Below the pieces are notes generated by a model. That model ran no database searches and had not been told where the DNA came from. It saw nothing but the letters and a program-made list of their open reading frames with translations. The translations under genes were made by a program, and so were the position numbers. Below, in pieces: positions 50,763 through 52,560 of a stretch of 52,560 bases of DNA. The stretch lies in the NCBI GenBank assembly GCA_030679995.1, contig JAUXSK010000009.1, positions 1 through 52,560 on the forward strand. The letters run 5' to 3'. Position 1 is the first letter of the stretch; each line of letters starts with the position of its first letter. The stretch is from Candidatus Moraniibacteriota bacterium. Lineage in GTDB: Bacteria; Patescibacteriota; Minisyncoccia; Moranbacterales; UBA2206.

Positions 50763-51470
50763 ATGAGCGAAAAAAACCTTTTTGGGAATGGAGAAGGCAT
50801 GTCTCCGGTTGGAAATGAGAGCGTCGAACAAAAAAAATCTGTCAATGAGTCAAATGGTTTGCATACGGATGAGGAATATCGGGCTGCAAAAGATTCCGCT
50901 GAACATTTTTTGCTGAGAAAAGAGGACGCGACCCATATAATAAATGGCATATTGGAACCTTCAGGGGGAGATATCAGCTTGGTTTCGCCTTCCCGATTGA
51001 AGCAATTAGCGGTGAACATCGAGGAGTTAGGAAAAATATATGACAAGCTGTCCGGCATTAATGGCAAAGGGGAAAAAACAGGCAATGGCGATAGCTATCT
51101 CGGTTTAGAAGGCTTCGCATTCAAGATGGACGGCCTGTACGGGGAGGATGTGGAAAAAATATTGCAAGATAAGGATAACGCGAAGGAGTCCATATTGGGT
51201 GAATATGCAGACCTGATAATGAGGGAAGAGGATGACTTGTCCAAAGAAACTTACGTTCTCGATAAATTTTATGACTTTACGGAAAGATCGGTAGCTAACA
51301 TGTTGGAAAATCTAGGTGTTTCAATCCAGATAATTAAAAGCAAAGGGGAACCTGCTGTCGCCCAGCAGCTTGCTGAAGCAGCAGAGGAAATAAAAAAAGA
51401 TTGGCAAGAAAAATCCGGACCGAGATTGAAACGATTGGTCAAGGAAAGGACAGAACAAATTAAAAAATAA
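50763..51470 (+). CDS. Hypothetical acidic helical protein
   Basis: 235-aa ORF with an upstream TATAAT and a downstream terminator; no recognised motif. Confidence 0.7.
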   Translation: MSEKNLFGNGEGMSPVGNESVEQKKSVNESNGLHTDEEYRAAKDSAEHFLLRKEDATHIINGILEPSGGDISLVSPSRLKQLAVNIEELGKIYDKLSGINGKGEKTGNGDSYLGLEGFAFKMDGLYGEDVEKILQDKDNAKESILGEYADLIMREEDDLSKETYVLDKFYDFTERSVANMLENLGVSIQIIKSKGEPAVAQQLAEAAEEIKKDWQEKSGPRLKRLVKERTEQIKK

Positions 51471-51499
51471 GTCGGGTTGACGCTATATCGAAATCATAT

Positions 51500-51530
51500 A
51501 AGAGCGCTGACGCAAGCCAGGGCTCTTTTT
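51500..51530. terminator. Intrinsic terminator
   Basis: AAGAGC..GCTCTT stem plus T run between convergent genes. Confidence 0.65.
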
Positions 51531-51535
51531 ATTGA

Positions 51536-52560
51536 TCATAACTTCTTGGTCATATACGTATTAAGCAACCTATATCCCATTTTCCGATAATAGCCGCGCA
51601 CGCCGATGCCTGAGATTACTACAATCTTTTCCAGATTAAATTCATTCTTGGCGATGCGCTCGGCTTCCAGCATCAGCTTGCGGCCTAGGCCGATGTGTTG
51701 CGGGGAATTTTTGTCTTGCATATCGATTTTGGTCAATTTGCCGTAGGTGTGAACTTCACGTATGAGGGCGGCGTTTTTTAGGACGGGCAATGATGCATAT
51801 AATTTGTCATCCTGAACTTGATTCAGGATCTTTGCTGGGTTAGTTGTGATTGGCGCGCTGGCAGATTCCGGATCAAGTCCGAAACGACAATGGCTTGGGA
51901 TCCGCAGCCGCAAAAGCGCGAAAAGTTTTTGCTTGTCTTCAGAAGCATATTGCAGGAATATTTCTCGTCCATCGGAAGCCGGATAGTCGATGCGATCTAA
52001 TATTATTTTTTCACCGGCAGTGTAATCGGACTTTACTTCGCGGCAGCGGATACATTGGCACTGGGATTCTTTTTCGATGATTTGGCGCAGATTGGAAATT
52101 GTCGGACCGGCCAGGATGGAAGATGTTGGCACGTCGCGCACCAAGCGGGCGATGCGGACATAGGGCGGAATAATCTCATTTTTGATCTTTAGGATCATTT
52201 TTTTAAACTGCGTATCGGTAAGCGGCTGGTAATTTCCTTCTGCGCATAATAATACGGCCGTGCTATTATGTGCGGTTTTGTTTTCCTGGCTTTGTTTATT
52301 CTGCCGGCTTTTCCATATTTTATAGAGCGCGCAGTTTTTAACGATCACTGTCGGGTATATCTTTAGCATATCCGGTTGGAAAGCAGGATTGGAAAACAGC
52401 TTTTGAAACATTACAATATCTTTTTCGGGCGTGCTGCCATACATTCCGGGCATGATGTGGTAGTTGATTTTGAATCCGGCATCTTTCAATAATTTGGTGG
52501 CTTCGATAGTTTTTTGGATATCGTGTCCGCGCTTGTTAATTTTTAAGACGTCATCAAAGA
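51536..52560 (-). CDS. Elp3-like radical SAM/GNAT tRNA U34 acetyltransferase (5' end outside the window)
   Basis: RGH, HIMPG, PDMLKIYP, RI.RL.RD.P, CQCIRCRE, IREVHTYG, QH.GLG..L, ISG.GVR.YY. Confidence 0.93.
   Translation of the reverse strand, partial: FDDVLKINKRGHDIQKTIEATKLLKDAGFKINYHIMPGMYGSTPEKDIVMFQKLFSNPAFQPDMLKIYPTVIVKNCALYKIWKSRQNKQSQENKTAHNSTAVLLCAEGNYQPLTDTQFKKMILKIKNEIIPPYVRIARLVRDVPTSSILAGPTISNLRQIIEKESQCQCIRCREVKSDYTAGEKIILDRIDYPASDGREIFLQYASEDKQKLFALLRLRIPSHCRFGLDPESASAPITTNPAKILNQVQDDKLYASLPVLKNAALIREVHTYGKLTKIDMQDKNSPQHIGLGRKLMLEAERIAKNEFNLEKIVVISGIGVRGYYRKMGYRLLNTYMTKKL
51804..51890. repeat. REP/RPE-like palindromic element inserted in frame in the Elp3-like gene
   Basis: TTGTCATCCTGAACTTGATTCAGGATCT...AGATTCCGGATCAAGTCCGAAACGACAA; 87 bp. 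Confidence 0.8.

Overview
Housekeeping region of a reduced bacterial genome. The gene set suggests Patescibacteria/CPR, Parcubacteria-like (inference); the standard code is used, with TGA as stop. It encodes five aminoacyl-tRNA synthetases (argS, ileS, glyS, metG, leuS), smpB, recO, tRNA/rRNA modification enzymes (tgt, U32/TrhP-like, rsmI, rlmN, Elp3-like), tRNA-Arg(CCG) and a glmS cluster. A complete H+-type F-ATP synthase operon runs directly into a five-gene group-4-hydrogenase-related (Ehr/Hyf-like) membrane complex. Main finding: this complex appears to lack redox cofactors. The large subunit has no NiFe cysteines, all four canonical [4Fe-4S] cysteines of the small subunit are replaced (T, E, G, D), and no ferredoxin subunit is present, while the ion-pumping membrane subunits are intact. 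A disrupted beta-carbonic-anhydrase-like gene follows. Other findings are two unusually compact transcriptional T-box riboswitches with apical specifier codons, an orphan promoter-to-terminator transcript (candidate ncRNA or small ORF), a heptamer-periodic palindromic repeat family and other palindromes inserted in frame in core genes, an HTH-NRAMP fusion, several apparently leaderless genes and a hidden Nudix pseudogene. All calls come from reading motifs by eye; no searches were run.
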